A DNA stretch of 64,000 nt from Octopus sinensis. Lineage: Eukaryota. A model generated the notes under the pieces. That model ran no database searches and had not been told where the DNA came from. It worked only from the letters and a program-made list of their open reading frames with translations. Below are positions 1 through 12,570 of the stretch, in pieces. Position numbers and translations under genes: made by a program. Each line of letters opens with the position of its first letter. Within the stretch, counting starts at the first letter, position 1. The stretch is taken from assembly GCF_006345805.1 (NCBI RefSeq), contig NC_042999.1, positions 161,634,001-161,698,000 on the forward strand, given 5' to 3'.

Positions 1-152
1 ACCCTAACACAGATCCCTAGATCCAGCCTTAACTGTGATCTTGAAACCTAAAGGTCAACCTACTATAGCACTTACCCAGTGTACCTATTCGTTTAGATCA
101 CAAGTGAACTAAACCCCTCATATTCTTTATATATACGTGTGTGTGTATGTGC

Positions 153-194
<42 letters not shown>

Positions 195-323
195 ATATAT
201 ATATATATATATATATAGCGACTACTTCTTTCATATGTCAGATCCAGTTTGATTCATACACTAACCATTCACGATGTCAGTAAGTGCTATATATTGAGTA
301 GCTAAATGAGTGCCTTTAGTTCA

Positions 324-2200
324 CACAGGTCAACTCTGTTTTTTATTGCCAATGGTATTAGAGCAATTTTTGAGTAAATTTGAAGTGCTCGTTCCCAATA
401 TGGCATCCATTTTACTAGATTGGCTGTAGTTTTAACACATACACACATTGCGCTAGACTTATGGCATATTTTATGCATGAAAAAATTAAAAATTACATGT
501 GTGTGTCTTTGTGCAAACATAATCATACAAAAGAAAAAAATACACAAGAAGAAGTGTGCAGAACAATAAAAAAGAAGCAACTTTATTCCCATAATCACAC
601 TGCATAGTTTGATTTTTTTTTTTTTTTTCATGGATTATCAAGATAATTTGCAGAAACTCGAATATAGACTGCCATCAATGTGTATTTCAATTCTACCTTG
701 ATGACTTTCCAACATCACCTTTTTTTATCCTTATGGAATGAAGTTCCAATCTTCCTCTCTGAAATCACCATGATTCACTGGAAATCTGTCCGACATGCAT
801 TAGAGACTACTTTTTGGCTCACATTAGCATCCAAACTTTGAAAGTTACTGAGCAATTTTTGTACCAATTCTTCATTGCTTTTTGCATTGAGGTTACTCCA
901 GAAGTTCTTGACTAGTGAAAAATAACTGCACTAGGCTAAACTCTTTACTCTTTCACTTGTTTCAGTCATTTGACTGTGGCCATGCTGGAGCACCGCCTTT
1001 AGTTGAGCAACTCGACCCCGGGACTTATTCTTTGTAAGCCTAGTACTTATTCTATCGGTCTCTTATGCCGAACCGCTAAGTGACAGGGACATAAACACAC
1101 CAGCATCGGTTGTCAAGCAATGCTAGGGAGACAAACACAGACACACAAACACACACGCACACACATATATATATACATATATACGACGGGCTTCTTTCAG
1201 TTTCCGTCTACCAAATCCACTCACAAGGCTTTGGTCGGCCCGAGGCTATAGTAGAAGACACTTGCCCAAGGTGCCACGCAGTGGGACTGAACCCAGAACC
1301 ATGTGGTTGGTAAGCAAGCTACTTACCACACAGCCACTGCTGCGCCTCAATATTATAGTCTCAATATTATTCATAAGTTTTTGTAAAATTCAAATCTTTT
1401 GAGTTTACAATGTGAGAATCATCTTAGATGCTTGCTTTCAGTTTTTCAATATTCACTGCAGGGAATGGACTATCAATGTATTAGAAGTAATCAGTATGAT
1501 TGTCTAAAGTCTTAACAAATTATTTCATCAATCCAAGCTTGATATGGAGTGATGAGAGAATTATTTTTCTTAGTCAACAATTGCTTGTTAATGACATTTG
1601 CTGCATCTACAGTCACGTGTTGCCTAGAGATCCACATCACTTTTCTCCAATGATCTTGCTATGTTTAATTATTTTACAAGCAGATGAGACAAAAGTATTC
1701 CATGGATTCACTTTGTTGCACACCCAAGAAATTCAATATCTTTAGGTCATCACATATGAAAGCAGAGCTTCTGTAACACCATTTGGATATTTTTGAGATT
1801 TCATTAAGTTTTATTGAGTGAGCAATTGGAAAAATGTGCAATAATACAGATTTCAGGTTTCTGGTGGAACTATGTAGAAAAAGTTGTCTGTCTTCTGGAT
1901 TATAATCCTTTCAGTATTTCTATTGGGAAAAGAGTTCGGGAATGTCATTGTAATATGCAAATTCTGTCTTTGAGCCAAAGAAAGAGTTTCCACCTCTTGT
2001 TCAAGAAGCCAATATTTTAACTAATTAAAATATCATCACATTGAACAACTATGACACAGATTTCTTGTAATGATTGAAACCTTTCACATTCAGAACATAA
2101 AAGTAACAATCATCATAGGGGTTTAGGGATCTCTCTTCACACCATAAGCACACCAAATTTCAAAAATTTCCTTTCTCTGTTTTTTCACACTCCAATTTAT
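324..2200 (-). mobile_element. Decayed DNA transposon, Chapaev3-like (CMC superfamily) transposase pseudogene, interrupted by a SINE at 941-1347
   Basis: Minus-strand translation with stops and frameshifts gives colinear motifs FGVLMV*RE..DDCYF..NVKGFN (~2080-2160), KIILSSLHIKLGLMK*FVKTLD (~1500-1570) and FPVNHGDFREE..KVM...QGR (~690-785). These match remembered Chapaev3 motifs (PMVWREP..DCYFC, LHIKLGLMKQFVKAL, FPENLG..S.E.GERFHQD). A CACAGGTCAAC terminus lies at 324. Confidence 0.7.
941..1347 (-). mobile_element. tRNA-derived SINE family A, full-length
   Basis: Minus-strand head GGCGCAG..GTGGCTGTGTGGTAAG (A box) and GGGTTCAGTCCC (B box), internal (TA)n(TG)n tract, (GAGTAAA)n tail. There are 12 similar copies in the window. 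Confidence 0.9.
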
Positions 2201-2205
2201 TTGTC

Positions 2206-2215
2206 TGCCTGTCTG

Positions 2216-2308
<93 letters not shown>
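2206..2308. repeat. (CTAT)n microsatellite (another at ~153-217 with (TA)n)
   Basis: Visible tandem tetranucleotide run. Confidence 0.95.
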
Positions 2309-2312
2309 ACTA

Positions 2313-2727
2313 TTTACTCTTTTACTCTTTTACTTGTTTCAGTCATTTGACTGCGGCCATGCTGGAGCACCACCTTTAGTCAAGCAAATCGACCCCGGGA
2401 CTTATTCTTTGTAAGCCTAGTACTTATTCTATCGGTCTCTTCTTGCCGAACTGCTAAGTGACGGGGACGTAAACACACCAGCATCAGTTGTCAAGCGATG
2501 GTGGGGGGACAAACACAGACACACAAACATATACACACACATAAATATATATATACATATATACGACAGGCTTCTTTCAGTTTCCGTCTACCAAATCCAC
2601 TCACAAGGCATTGGTCGGCCTGAGGCTATAGCAGAAGACACTTGCCCAAGATGCCACGCAGTGGGATTGAACCCAGAACCATGTGGTTGGTAAGCAAGCT
2701 ATTTACCAGACAGCCACTCCTGCACCT
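2313..2727 (-). mobile_element. SINE family A copy
   Basis: Near-identical to 941-1347. Confidence 0.9.
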
Positions 2728-2986
2728 ATCTATCTATCTAATCTAATGTTCTCTGTCTATTTCTCTAATGCTATCTACCTGCCTGCCGGTCTTTGGTTTT
2801 TTTCTGTCACGAAGTTTTGTTTACCTTTTGTATTTGCAAAATGTATTTGCCACCAATAAAACAGGATGTATTAGAATTATTCAATCAGTTTCTTCGTGTT
2901 GAACTTATGTTCATTTGTAAGAAAGATTACAATCAAGATAACTTTAAATTAAAAAAAAACTAGAGTGGATAAAAACAATGCTGAAG

Positions 2987-3152
2987 AGGTGCAGGAGTGG
3001 CTGTGTGGTAAGTAGCTTGTCTACCAACCACATGGTTCCGGGTTCAGTCCCACTGTGTGGCATCTTGGGCAAGTGTCTTCTACTATAGCCTTGGGCCGAC
3101 CAAAGCCTTGTGAGTGGATTTGGTAGACGGAAACTGAAAGAAGCCCGTCGTA

Positions 3153-3194
<42 letters not shown>

Positions 3195-3403
3195 TGTGTG
3201 TGTTTGTCCCCCTAGCATTGCTTGACAACCAATGCTGGTGTGTTTATGTCCCCGTTACTTAGCGGTTCGGCAAAAGAGACCGATAGAATAAGTACTGGGC
3301 TTACAAAAGAATAAGTCCCGGGGTCGAGTTGCTCGATCAAAGGCGGTGCTCCAGCATGGCCGCAGTCAAATTACTGAAACAAGTAAAAGAGTAAAGTGAA
3401 AAA
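2987..3403 (+). mobile_element. SINE family A copy
   Basis: Reverse complement of the same consensus, head-to-head with 2313-2727. Confidence 0.9.
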
Positions 3404-3845
3404 GATAAACTTAATTTTTCTACATTTGTCAGCAACTAAAATTTGTATTAAGGAAAAATTCCCATTTGAGATTGTACAAGCTTTCAAAATTAGAGTCAGT
3501 CTTTAAATTCAGTTTCCTCAAAATAGATTCAGTTCATTGTTTTTTGGAAAGAAAGCAAAACAACCAGATGATCTGTAAAGTGACTTGTTAATATTCCATA
3601 ATTTCAGTCAAATATTCTGAGTTACTTAATTGACATAGACATTCAGAACGCAAATTACCAGTTAGGTTGTTGGATGTTCTCAGTGTTGAATATTTCATTT
3701 TGACGAATTAGAATTGTATTTCTTCAGTTTACATGCACCACCAAATACCTGTGTATCCATTCATGTATCTGTCTGTCTGTCTGTCCAGCTATCCTGTTCA
3801 TATGTTTCAATAAACTGCATCCGAACCATGCAAGCATGGAAAACA

Positions 3846-4210
3846 GTAGTTAGAGCATCGAGCTTACGATCGTGAGGTTGTGAGTTCACTTCTTGGACCG
3901 GGCTGTGTGTTGTGTTCTTGAGCAAGACACTTTATCTCATGTTGCTCCAGTTCACCCAGCTGTAGTTACAACATCACTGGTGCCAAGCTGTATTGGCCTT
4001 TGTCTTTCCCTTGGATAACATCAATGGCATGGAGAGGGAAGGCTGGTATGTATGGGCAACTGCTGGTCTTCCATAAGAACAACCCTAGGTTGTGCATTCA
4101 CCAGTGAAGCAACTTTCTGCCCAGACATGTACCTTAGAGGGGAACCTCTTAGGTGCACCCATGGTCATTCGTGACTGACAGGTGCACCCATGGTCATTCG
4201 TGACTGACAA
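3846..4210 (+). mobile_element. Older tRNA-derived SINE (different family)
   Basis: tRNA-like head (GTAGTTAGAGC...GAGTTCACTTC) followed by TGTGTTCTTGAGCAAGACACTT, a common SINE central-domain-like motif. It ends in a ~29-bp tandem duplication (4152-4209). Confidence 0.6.
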
Positions 4211-4276
4211 GTTCACACACCACACACACACACACATACATGTTATTTAGGAAGTTAACAGTTATGTCCAGTCATA

Positions 4277-4336
4277 AAGTGACCATTGGTTTCGCACCTA
4301 TAAAGCGCTTAGCAGTAAAGGCAATTCATCAGACTC
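4277..4336 (-). ncRNA. Type I hammerhead ribozyme-like motif
   Basis: Minus strand reads gagt-CTGATGA-(attgcct...aggtgc)-GAAAC-CAATG-GTC-actt. Core boxes are intact, stem I is 4 bp, stem III is short and the base of stem II is imperfect. Confidence 0.65.
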
Positions 4337-4468
4337 AAAAGGTTGAAACCAATGGTCACTCTATGACTAACCATAACCTTTAACTTCCTAATCATTACTG
4401 CTCTAATGTTTCAGAGTGTGATTCTTTTTTGGTTGTATGAACTACTAACAATATGATATATATATATG

Positions 4469-4521
<53 letters not shown>

Positions 4522-4524
4522 TAC

Positions 4525-5213
4525 AAGCATGACCTCAGAGTGTTGGGCCTCACTGAGGCAATGGCGAAGGACCGAGATCTCTGGAGATATGCTGTGACTG
4601 CAAAGACCCAGGCTGCTTCCTGCACCAGTTCCGCATAGCCCCTGCCCATTCAAAGTACCCTGGATCCCAGAACGTCCCGCTGTGCTTGAGGAGACCTGTT
4701 GAGTCAAGTACATGAACATGAACATCGAAATAAATATCAATGGAAATAGTAGTTGCGATACCTGTGCCGATGGCACATAAAAAGCACCATCCGAACGTGG
4801 CCGTAGCCAGCGCCGACTCGAGTGGCTTCTGTGCCGGTGGCACATAAAAAGCACCATCCGAATGTGGCCGATGCCAGCGCCGCCCTGACTGGCTTCTGTG
4901 CCAGTGGCACATAAAAAGCACCATCCGAACATGGCTGTTGCCAGTGCCTCGGCTGGCTTCCGTGCCAGTGGCACGTTAAAAGCTCCAACCGATCGTGGCC
5001 AATGCCGGACACCCCTGGCACCTGTGCAGGTGGCACGTAAAAAGCACCCACTACACTCGCGGAGTGGTTGGCGCTAGGAAGGGCATCCAGCTGTAGAAAC
5101 TCTGCCAGATCAGACTGGAGCCTGGTGCAGCCCCTGGCTTCCCAGACCCCGGTCGAACCGTCCAACCCGTGCTAGCACGGAAAACGGACGTTAAACGATG
5201 ATGATGATGATGA
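4525..5213 (+). mobile_element. RTE-clade LINE 3' fragment (ORF C-terminus, repetitive 3' UTR, (GAT)n tail)
   Basis: KHDLRVLGLTEAMAKDRDLWRYAV, then ~60-bp tandem units, then the conserved GGAGTGGTTGGCG.TAGGAAGGGCATCCAGC...CGTTAAAC(GAT)n end. Confidence 0.85.
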
Positions 5214-5229
5214 TAAACATATACATATA

Positions 5230-6891
5230 TACCCAGAACCATAGTAATAGCTTGGGAGTGAAATTTAGGATTTCTCAGTTTGCTGCAAATCAATTTTGAT
5301 AAAACTTTTCCCAGCTGGTTTGCACACTATGGCAACACCTTTGTTACATTTTCATTGTTCTGTGTGGCATCCTTTCATTTTCATTTCAGATTCTTCAGTT
5401 TTGGGGTGAACCACACTAATAGCTTTTAAATGAAAATAGCCCATTTAGATATATTTTTTTCATAAAATGAAGTGTAATGATACATATTGAGCATACATTG
5501 AGTTTATATTCAACAGAAAACCATAATAATATTATAACATTTATTGACATAGTGAATACACTCACGGAGTGGTTGGCGTTAGGAAGGGCATCCAGCCGTA
5601 GAAACATTACCAGATCAGGCTGGGCCTGGTGCAGCCTTCTGGCTTCCCAGACCCCAGTTGAACCGTCCAACCCATGCTAGCATGGAAAGCGGACGCTAAA
5701 CGATGATGATGATGATGAATTATTTAGTCACATGAGTGCCATTTCAGTGAATAACTTCAAAAACCATATAATCTGTCAATTTCTTAATAGTAGCAGGTTG
5801 GACTGGCTCTGCTGCAGCTTGGATGGTCACCCATAAGACATCTTTTGATGCAAATTAGTGTGCATCAGCAGAAACACCTTGTTAAATGATGGACCAAAGA
5901 TTTTCAATAGAGTTGAGATCCAGAGATGCTAGGAACCACACACCACTAACCTTTCACTTTGTATGCCATAAGACCCTAGGAATGTTTGGGTGGTCCTTGC
6001 AGAGTGGGAGGGAGCATTGTCATCCATGAATACATGATTCTTTAGAAGTGACAGCAATATCATCTAGTCAGAGATCCAAGACCTCCTTTAGAAGATTGCA
6101 GTAGATGGCTGCGGTCACTTTAACCTCCTCGGGCACCCTAACTTAGCCAACAAGTCTGTTCCCAATGATACCAGCCAACAACATGACTCCTCCACCCTGT
6201 TGTTGACATTGTAAATGTTGGTGACGCTCATCTCCAACCATCAGGTTCATCAAGGGTCACCCTGGTTTTGGCAGGGAACAGAACACAACTCATGTCTAAC
6301 ATCATCTAACTTTGGGCCCATTGAAGCCTCAAACTCTTATGAGGAGGCAGTTTCAGGGGTTCTCACATAGAAGCCATTGTCCCAAGGATTCAATTTCTAG
6401 TGGTTTTTGGTACATGAGGAAGTCCAGAGGCAGTGAAAATGGTTTTGCTTGTTTGTCCGGGTTTCCCACATAACTTGCAGCCAATATTCCTTAAATCCCT
6501 ACCGATTACAGTCTTGGAGGTCTCACAATTGCATCGTTTCTTTCTTGGTGTTCATGTGGCTAAATAATTCATTACATCAATAAATGTTATAATATCATTA
6601 TGGTTTTCTTTTAACAATATACTCACTCTATGGTTAATATGTATCATGACTCTTCCTTTTCTGAAAAAAATGTCTAGATTGGCTATTTTCATTCAAAAGC
6701 TATTAGCATGGTTCACCAAAAACTGAAGAATCTGAAATGAAAAAGAAAGGACGTTACACAGAATAATAAAAATATAACAATGATGTTGCCATAGAGTGCA
6801 AACCAGCTGGGCAAAGTTTTATCAAAATTGATTCACAGAAAACCGAGAAATCCTAAATTTCACTCCTAAACTATTACTATGGTCCTGGGTG
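5230..6891 (-). mobile_element. Tc1-family transposon, decayed, with both ~105-bp TIRs
   Basis: Inverted repeats at ~5230-5337 and ~6784-6891, flanked by TA. Minus-strand remnants QQQGGGVML.AGIIG, FMDDNAPSHSA and W..ASLDLNSIENLWSII correspond to the Tc1 DNAP.H and SPDLNPIE motifs. Confidence 0.88.
5556..5718 (+). mobile_element. RTE 3' tail fragment nested in the Tc1 element
   Basis: Same conserved tail and (GAT)n as 5050-5213. Confidence 0.8.
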
Positions 6892-7004
6892 TATATGTAT
6901 ATGTATGTATATATATATATGTATATGTATGTATATATATATATATATGTATATGTATGTATATATATATATGTATATGTATGTATATATATATATATAT
7001 ATAT

Positions 7005-8776
7005 CACTAAGGAAATGTCTAGAGACCGAGACCTATGGAAGTATGTGTGCATGAGAAGACCCGGCAAGACTAGTCAGGCCATAACCCGTGGCCCGACCTG
7101 GGACGTAGTCAGTCCTGTGCATACCTTCCTTTTGTGACACTTATGAAGACCTGTTGAGGCAAGTGAAATCACAAATCAAATCAAAACAAAATCAAAATAG
7201 ATGAACATCAGGGAATTGTATTCTTTGTGGTACCAGTGCCGGTGGCACACAAGAAAACCACCCAAATGTGGCCGTAACCAGTACCGCATCGACTGGCCTC
7301 CGTGCTGTGGGCACAACAAACACCATCCGATCGTGGCCGTTCGCAAGCCTCATCTGGCACTGTGCCGGTGGCACATAAAGACACCATCCGAAGGACCCGG
7401 CGATGTAGTCAGTCCACCTGTGCATACCTTCCCTCTTATGACACCTGTGAAGACCTGTTGAGGCAAGTGTGTGACACTTGTGAAGACCTGTTGAGGCAAG
7501 TGAAAATCAAACCAAATCAAAATAGATGAATATCAATGGAATTGTATCTTTGTGGTTCCAGTACCGGTGGCACACAAGAAGAAAACCATCCGAAGTGGCC
7601 GTAGCTGGTTACCGCATCGACTGGCCTCCGTGCTGTGGGCACAACAAACACCATCTGATCGTGGCCGTTCGCCAGCCTCACCTGGCACCTGTGTCGGTGG
7701 CACATAAAAACACCATCCAAAGACCCGGCGACGTAGTCAGTCCACCTGTGCATACCTTCCCTCTTATGACACTTGTGAAGACCTGTGAGGCAGAGGCAAG
7801 TGTGTGTGACACTTGTGAAGACCTGTGAGGCAGAGCCAAGTGTGTGACACTTGTGGAGACCTGTTGAGGCAAGTGTGTGACACGCGTGACACTTGTGAAG
7901 ACCTGTTGAGGCAAGTGAAAATCAAAGTGAAAACAAACCAAATCAAAATAGATGAACATCAATGGAATTTGTATCTTTGTGGTTCCAGTACCGGCGGCAC
8001 ACAAGAAAACCATCCGATCGTGGCCGTTCGCCAGCCACATCTGGCACCTGTGTCGGTTGCACAAAAGACACCATCCGAAGACCCGGCGACGTAGACAGTC
8101 CACCTGTGCATACCTTCCTTCTTGTAACACTTGTGAAGACCTGTTGAGGCAAGTGACACTTGTGAAGACCTGTTGAGGCAAGTGAAAATCAAATCAAATC
8201 AAAACAAATCAAAATAGATGAACATAAATGGAATTTGTATCTTTGTGGTACCAGTGCGGTGGCACACAAGAAAATCATCCGAACGTGGCCGTAGCCAGTA
8301 CCGCATAGACTGGCCTCCGTGCTTTGGGGACGTAACAAACACCATCCGATCGTGGCCGTCGCCAGCCTCATCTGGCACCTGTGTCGGTGGCACAATAAAA
8401 ACACCATCCGAGCGTGGCCGTCTGCCAGCCTCGTCTGGCACCTGCTAGCCTCATCTGGCACCTGTGTCGATGGCACATAAAAACACCATCCGAGCGTGGC
8501 CGTCTGCCAGCCCCGTTGGCACCTGTGTCGGTGGCACATAAAAACACCATCCGAGCGTGGCCGTTCGCCAGCCTCGTCTGGCAACTGTGTCGGTGGCAAT
8601 AAAAATCACCCACTACACTCTCGGAGTGGTTGCGTTAGGAAGGGCATCCAGCTGTAGAAACACTGCCAGATCTGACTGGCCTGGTGCAGCCTTCGGGCTC
8701 CCAGACCCCAGTTGAACCGTCCAACCCATGCTAGCATGGAAAACGGACGCTAAATGATGATGATGATGATGATGAT
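7005..8776 (+). mobile_element. RTE 3' end with tandemly amplified 3' UTR
   Basis: Starts at [14 protein letters not shown], followed by about four 300-420-bp higher-order units, extra 30-bp and 58-bp subrepeats, the conserved tail and (GAT)n. Confidence 0.85.
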
Positions 8777-10317
8777 ATATATATATATATCATCACCATC
8801 ATCATTTAACATTTGTATTCTATGCTTGTATGGGATAGATAGTTTAACAGGATCCTATGACCAAAGTGACAGGAATAAGCTCCAGTGTCTGCTTTGGCAT
8901 GACTTCTAGAGCTGAATGCCTTTACTAGCACCAGCCATTTTAAAGAGTACACTGTGTACATTTTCCATGGCACCAGCATTAGTGAGGTCACCAAGTAACA
9001 CTGAATAATCTCCTTTATAATGATAATTTTGACATAAGGCCATATACTTTAGATGGGAGTATGCAGGGCAGCTTTAGGAGGTGCAGGGCCCAATTGGGAA
9101 CAATTTTGGTGGGCTTCAGGTTCCCAGTCAACTTGCATCAAGATCTATAGAATCATAAAAATATAAAAATCCAGTCGTTGAAACTATGCTACAATGCGGT
9201 GCCACATAAAAGCACTCAGTCCACTCTGTAAAGTGGCAGTGTTAGGAAGAGCATCCAGTCACAAAAACCATGCCAAACCAAATGGGTACCAGACATAGTC
9301 CTTGACTTGTTGGCCCCTGTCAAACCAGTCAACCCATGCCAGCATAGAAAATGGACGTTAAATGATGATGATATGCATATATATATACTTACATGTATTT
9401 ATATGTGTGTGTATGTGTGTGTGTGTGTGCGGTAACTTTCTGAAACATGGATAATTTGTTAATAAAATTTTCTGCATTTACATTTCAGATGGTGTAGATT
9501 ATGATTATATCAGAATCTGTGGTGCAAAGCATTTTCGCTCTCTTTTAAATAAACTCAAAGGTAGCCTGTCCTCAATGTGGTTGTTTAGTATGCTAGAAAT
9601 AGCAGTTATCAAGCATAAAAAACAGCCACTATTCTGATCTCCTAATATGTCACAAAGGGGAAAAAAGTCCTTTGCAGTATACAAAGAGCTGAGATTAGTT
9701 GATAGCACATGAAAAAACAAAAAACTCCAAGGTGAGGGGGGTGGGATCCTGGGCCCACCCCGCTCCAATTTCAATGTAAAAAAGTCATTTGCAGTATATT
9801 AGGAGATAAGATTAGTTGATAGCACAAAAAAAAAAAAAGAAAACGAGGAAAAAACATCATTTCTCACTGAAATTGAGTTGGGTGTTGTTAAACTATAAAT
9901 TTAAACTACATCTAAACAACACCTTTTAAAAATATTCTGGCAAAACTCGGAAAGAAATTTAACAAGATCCCAAAGAAACTTTTATTTGTTGCATGTTGTT
10001 ACGCTAAAAGAGATATACATAAAATGCAAATTAATAATAATTATTAATTAGAATTTTTTGGAAGCAGGTTATATACTTACTGATTATTTTTTTCTAGAAG
10101 CTCTGCTGTAAGACACAGTCCTGTCTGTGTGGCAAGAACTTTGTTTCTTAGCTATATGTTTCTGGATTTAGTACCAGTGTGTGACACCAAATATCTCCTA
10201 CCATAGCCCCGTGTGTGTGTATGTGTATGTGTGTGTGTGTCTGTATGTGTGTGGCTGTGTGTTTGTGCTTGTCCAAATCCTGAATGAGTGGCATTGCAAG
10301 GTGATGTTCTCTTTTGA

Positions 10318-10555
10318 ACATCATCATCATCATCATCATCGTTTAATGTCCGCTTTCCATGCTAGCATGGGTTGGACGGTTCAACTGGGGTCTGGCAAGC
10401 CCGAAGGCTGCACCAGGCCAGTCAGATCTGGCAGTGTTTCTACAGCTGTATGCCCTTCCTAACGCCAACCACTCCGAGGCTGGCAAACGGCCACGCTCGG
10501 ATGGTGTTTTTTATGTGCCACCGACACAGGTGCCAGACGAGGCTGGCAGATGGCA
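10318..10555 (-). mobile_element. RTE 3' tail fragment
   Basis: (CAT)n followed by the reverse complement of the conserved tail and one 58-bp unit. Confidence 0.8.
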
Positions 10556-10619
10556 GAGATAAGAAATTTTATCTCAACTTTCCCATCTTTCTTTCTCCCA
10601 CCACACACACACACACACA

Positions 10620-10663
<44 letters not shown>

Positions 10664-10952
10664 TGCGCACACGTGTGTGCATGTATACAATTCCCTACAA
10701 AATAAAAATACATATACGTACAATCATGCACATAAATACAAGAATCTCAACAAAACCACTGTCAAAAATAATTGAACCTTTAACCTTTAACCAAAAACTG
10801 AGTACTGAATTCTTTTACATATACACATCCATTTAGCCTTTTGCTTTTATCATTTTTTAAATTTTTTGCTTTCTTTAATTCATTCATTCATGCATGCATC
10901 CATCCATCCATCCATCCATCCATCCATCTATCCATCCATACATACATACATA

Positions 10953-11130
10953 CAGGGGTTGGACAAAATAATGGAAACACCTAGAGTCATAGCATCATAA
11001 TTTTGAAATATCTATAAAACCGTCAAAAGCTTGTTTATTTTCACACTTTTTGATTTATTAGTAGTGTTGCATACAAACATACATATTGATCCTTACACTA
11101 AAAATACAAATAATGTCGCTAAAGTGTAAA
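10953..11130. mobile_element. Tc1-like terminal fragment
   Basis: TA + CAGGGGTTGGACAAAATAATGGAAACACC resembles a Tc1 TIR. No partner TIR was found. Confidence 0.5.
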
Positions 11131-11481
11131 AAGTATGCTTTTTTCTTGTTTTTTTTCTTTTTTAAGACCTTGTAGATTTTTTTTAAAGACTTCAGGGAAA
11201 CTACTTGTATGAAATGTCACAGTATAGAATGTGGTCCTCTTGAGCACAGGGCCCCCTTCAGTGCAGGGCCTGACTGAGAGTAACTGGTCCAATCAACTTA
11301 AGGCCAGCCCTGCAAATTTAATGTAACCAACTCCAGATGTTATTTAATTGACAATTTAAAGGAAGCATGATGAAGTCATCACTGGAATGACTTAAACACG
11401 GAAATGTCATACATCTGCCTCTGTGACCCTGCTTACAGAATAATAATAGGAAATAAACCAGAACTAAAAAACAATCTCATA

Positions 11482-11812
11482 TCAATAATAATTGGCAAAA
11501 GAGGTGAATATTTCATACCCATCTGTATCAATACTCTCATAGATTTTGTTTATATTCTCCATCAGATTTGTTGGAATGTTAAGAGGGACACCATTTTCAA
11601 TACTTCCACTACTGTTGTTTGCAGGAGGTTGTTTCAAGGCCCATCTAGTTGTGGGGCAGCTGAAGGTTTCTTTCTGTTTCTTCTTACTGGTCTCAGACCA
11701 ATCTTGAAATTTCTTTGTGACCTGTGTGGGAGAAGTTGCACCGGTTGTACATGACTCTGCAATATTTCTGTAGTTGTTAGGGATTCCTTTATTCTGTGAT
11801 TCAACTGATGCA
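11482..11812 (-). CDS. Putative 3' (probably terminal) coding exon E of an unidentified host gene
   Basis: Acceptor ttcattttcAG before 11812. A frame of 109 codons (ASVESQNKGIPNNYR...YEIFTSFANYY) runs to TGA at 11482-11484 in unique non-repeat sequence. A possible internal donor G|GTATGA lies at 11519. Confidence 0.6.
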
Positions 11813-12013
11813 CTGAAAATGAATCAATCTATTAGAGACATTCTATCTATCATCTTAATACACACATACATGGATGCACACATACTTAAGAACATACTTG
11901 TGTATACCATTAAACATATATTTTATATTATATAATATATTATGTATCTTACATATATTAAGTATTTTATATAAATATTATACAAAGATATTTATATTAA
12001 AATTATATATATA

Positions 12014-12321
12014 CTAGCAGTATCGCCCGGCGTTGCTCGGGTTTGTAAGGGAAAAAACTATATAAGCATTTTTAGAGAGTTACTTCCCTTATATAACCCG
12101 AGCAAAAATCATTAAAAATACGGAAAAATGATGGTAAATTTTTTTTTTAAATCGTAGACTCATTGTAGACACGCACTAATACCCAGAAGGGCTCGATATG
12201 AATGACGACTATAAGATACCCGCTTTTGGTTAAACTGCACCGCAAAATGTGGGAGTAGTTAGGAATCTAAATCGGAGGAGACAGAGTCTCACACACACAA
12301 ATTCTATTTTATATATAAAGA
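12014..12321 (-). mobile_element. Non-autonomous Helitron (308 bp)
   Basis: Minus strand starts A|TCTTTATATATAAAAT and ends with the GC hairpin CCCGAGCAACGCCGGG then CGATACTGCTAG|T. This gives 5' TC, 3' CTAG, an A/T insertion site and no TSD. Confidence 0.85.
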
Positions 12322-12347
12322 TATATAACACCTATATCTTATATATA

Positions 12348-12534
12348 CAGGGTCTCCATAAATTAAATTTACAATTTGAAAAATTCAGAGTAAAATTGAA
12401 AGCAAGAGGCAAAAAATAATTTTATTAGAAATATCAGAACACTTCCATGTGGACTGTACTGGTTGCTCACAACACATACAGACAATGCATACAATAAAGT
12501 GTGGAAATTGTAAAGATAATTTATGAACTACCCA
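12348..12534. mobile_element. Tc1/mariner-type MITE
   Basis: TA-flanked imperfect TIRs: CAGGGTCTCCATAAATTAAATTTACAATTT versus the reverse complement of AAATTGTAAAGATAATTTATGAACTACCCA. Confidence 0.65.
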
Positions 12535-12570
12535 TACACACACACACACACACATGCATACATATATATA

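Noticed and set aside
1110-1313. Recurrent small ORFs such as ...YDGLLSVSVYQIHSQGFGRPEAIVEDTCPRCHAVGLNPEPCGW
   Set aside because: These are antisense translations of SINE family A. The recurrence reflects repeat copy number, not a gene family.
8270-8610. CRISPR-like repeat/spacer pattern (also 4770-5050 and 61060-61330)
   Set aside because: The spacers are homologous to each other, the arrays sit in RTE 3' UTRs upstream of a (GAT)n tail, the context is eukaryotic and no cas genes are present.
9064-11312. Possible hAT element with CAGGGC...GCCCTG termini
   Set aside because: The terminal similarity is short, the flanking 8-mers do not match as a TSD and no transposase remnant was seen.
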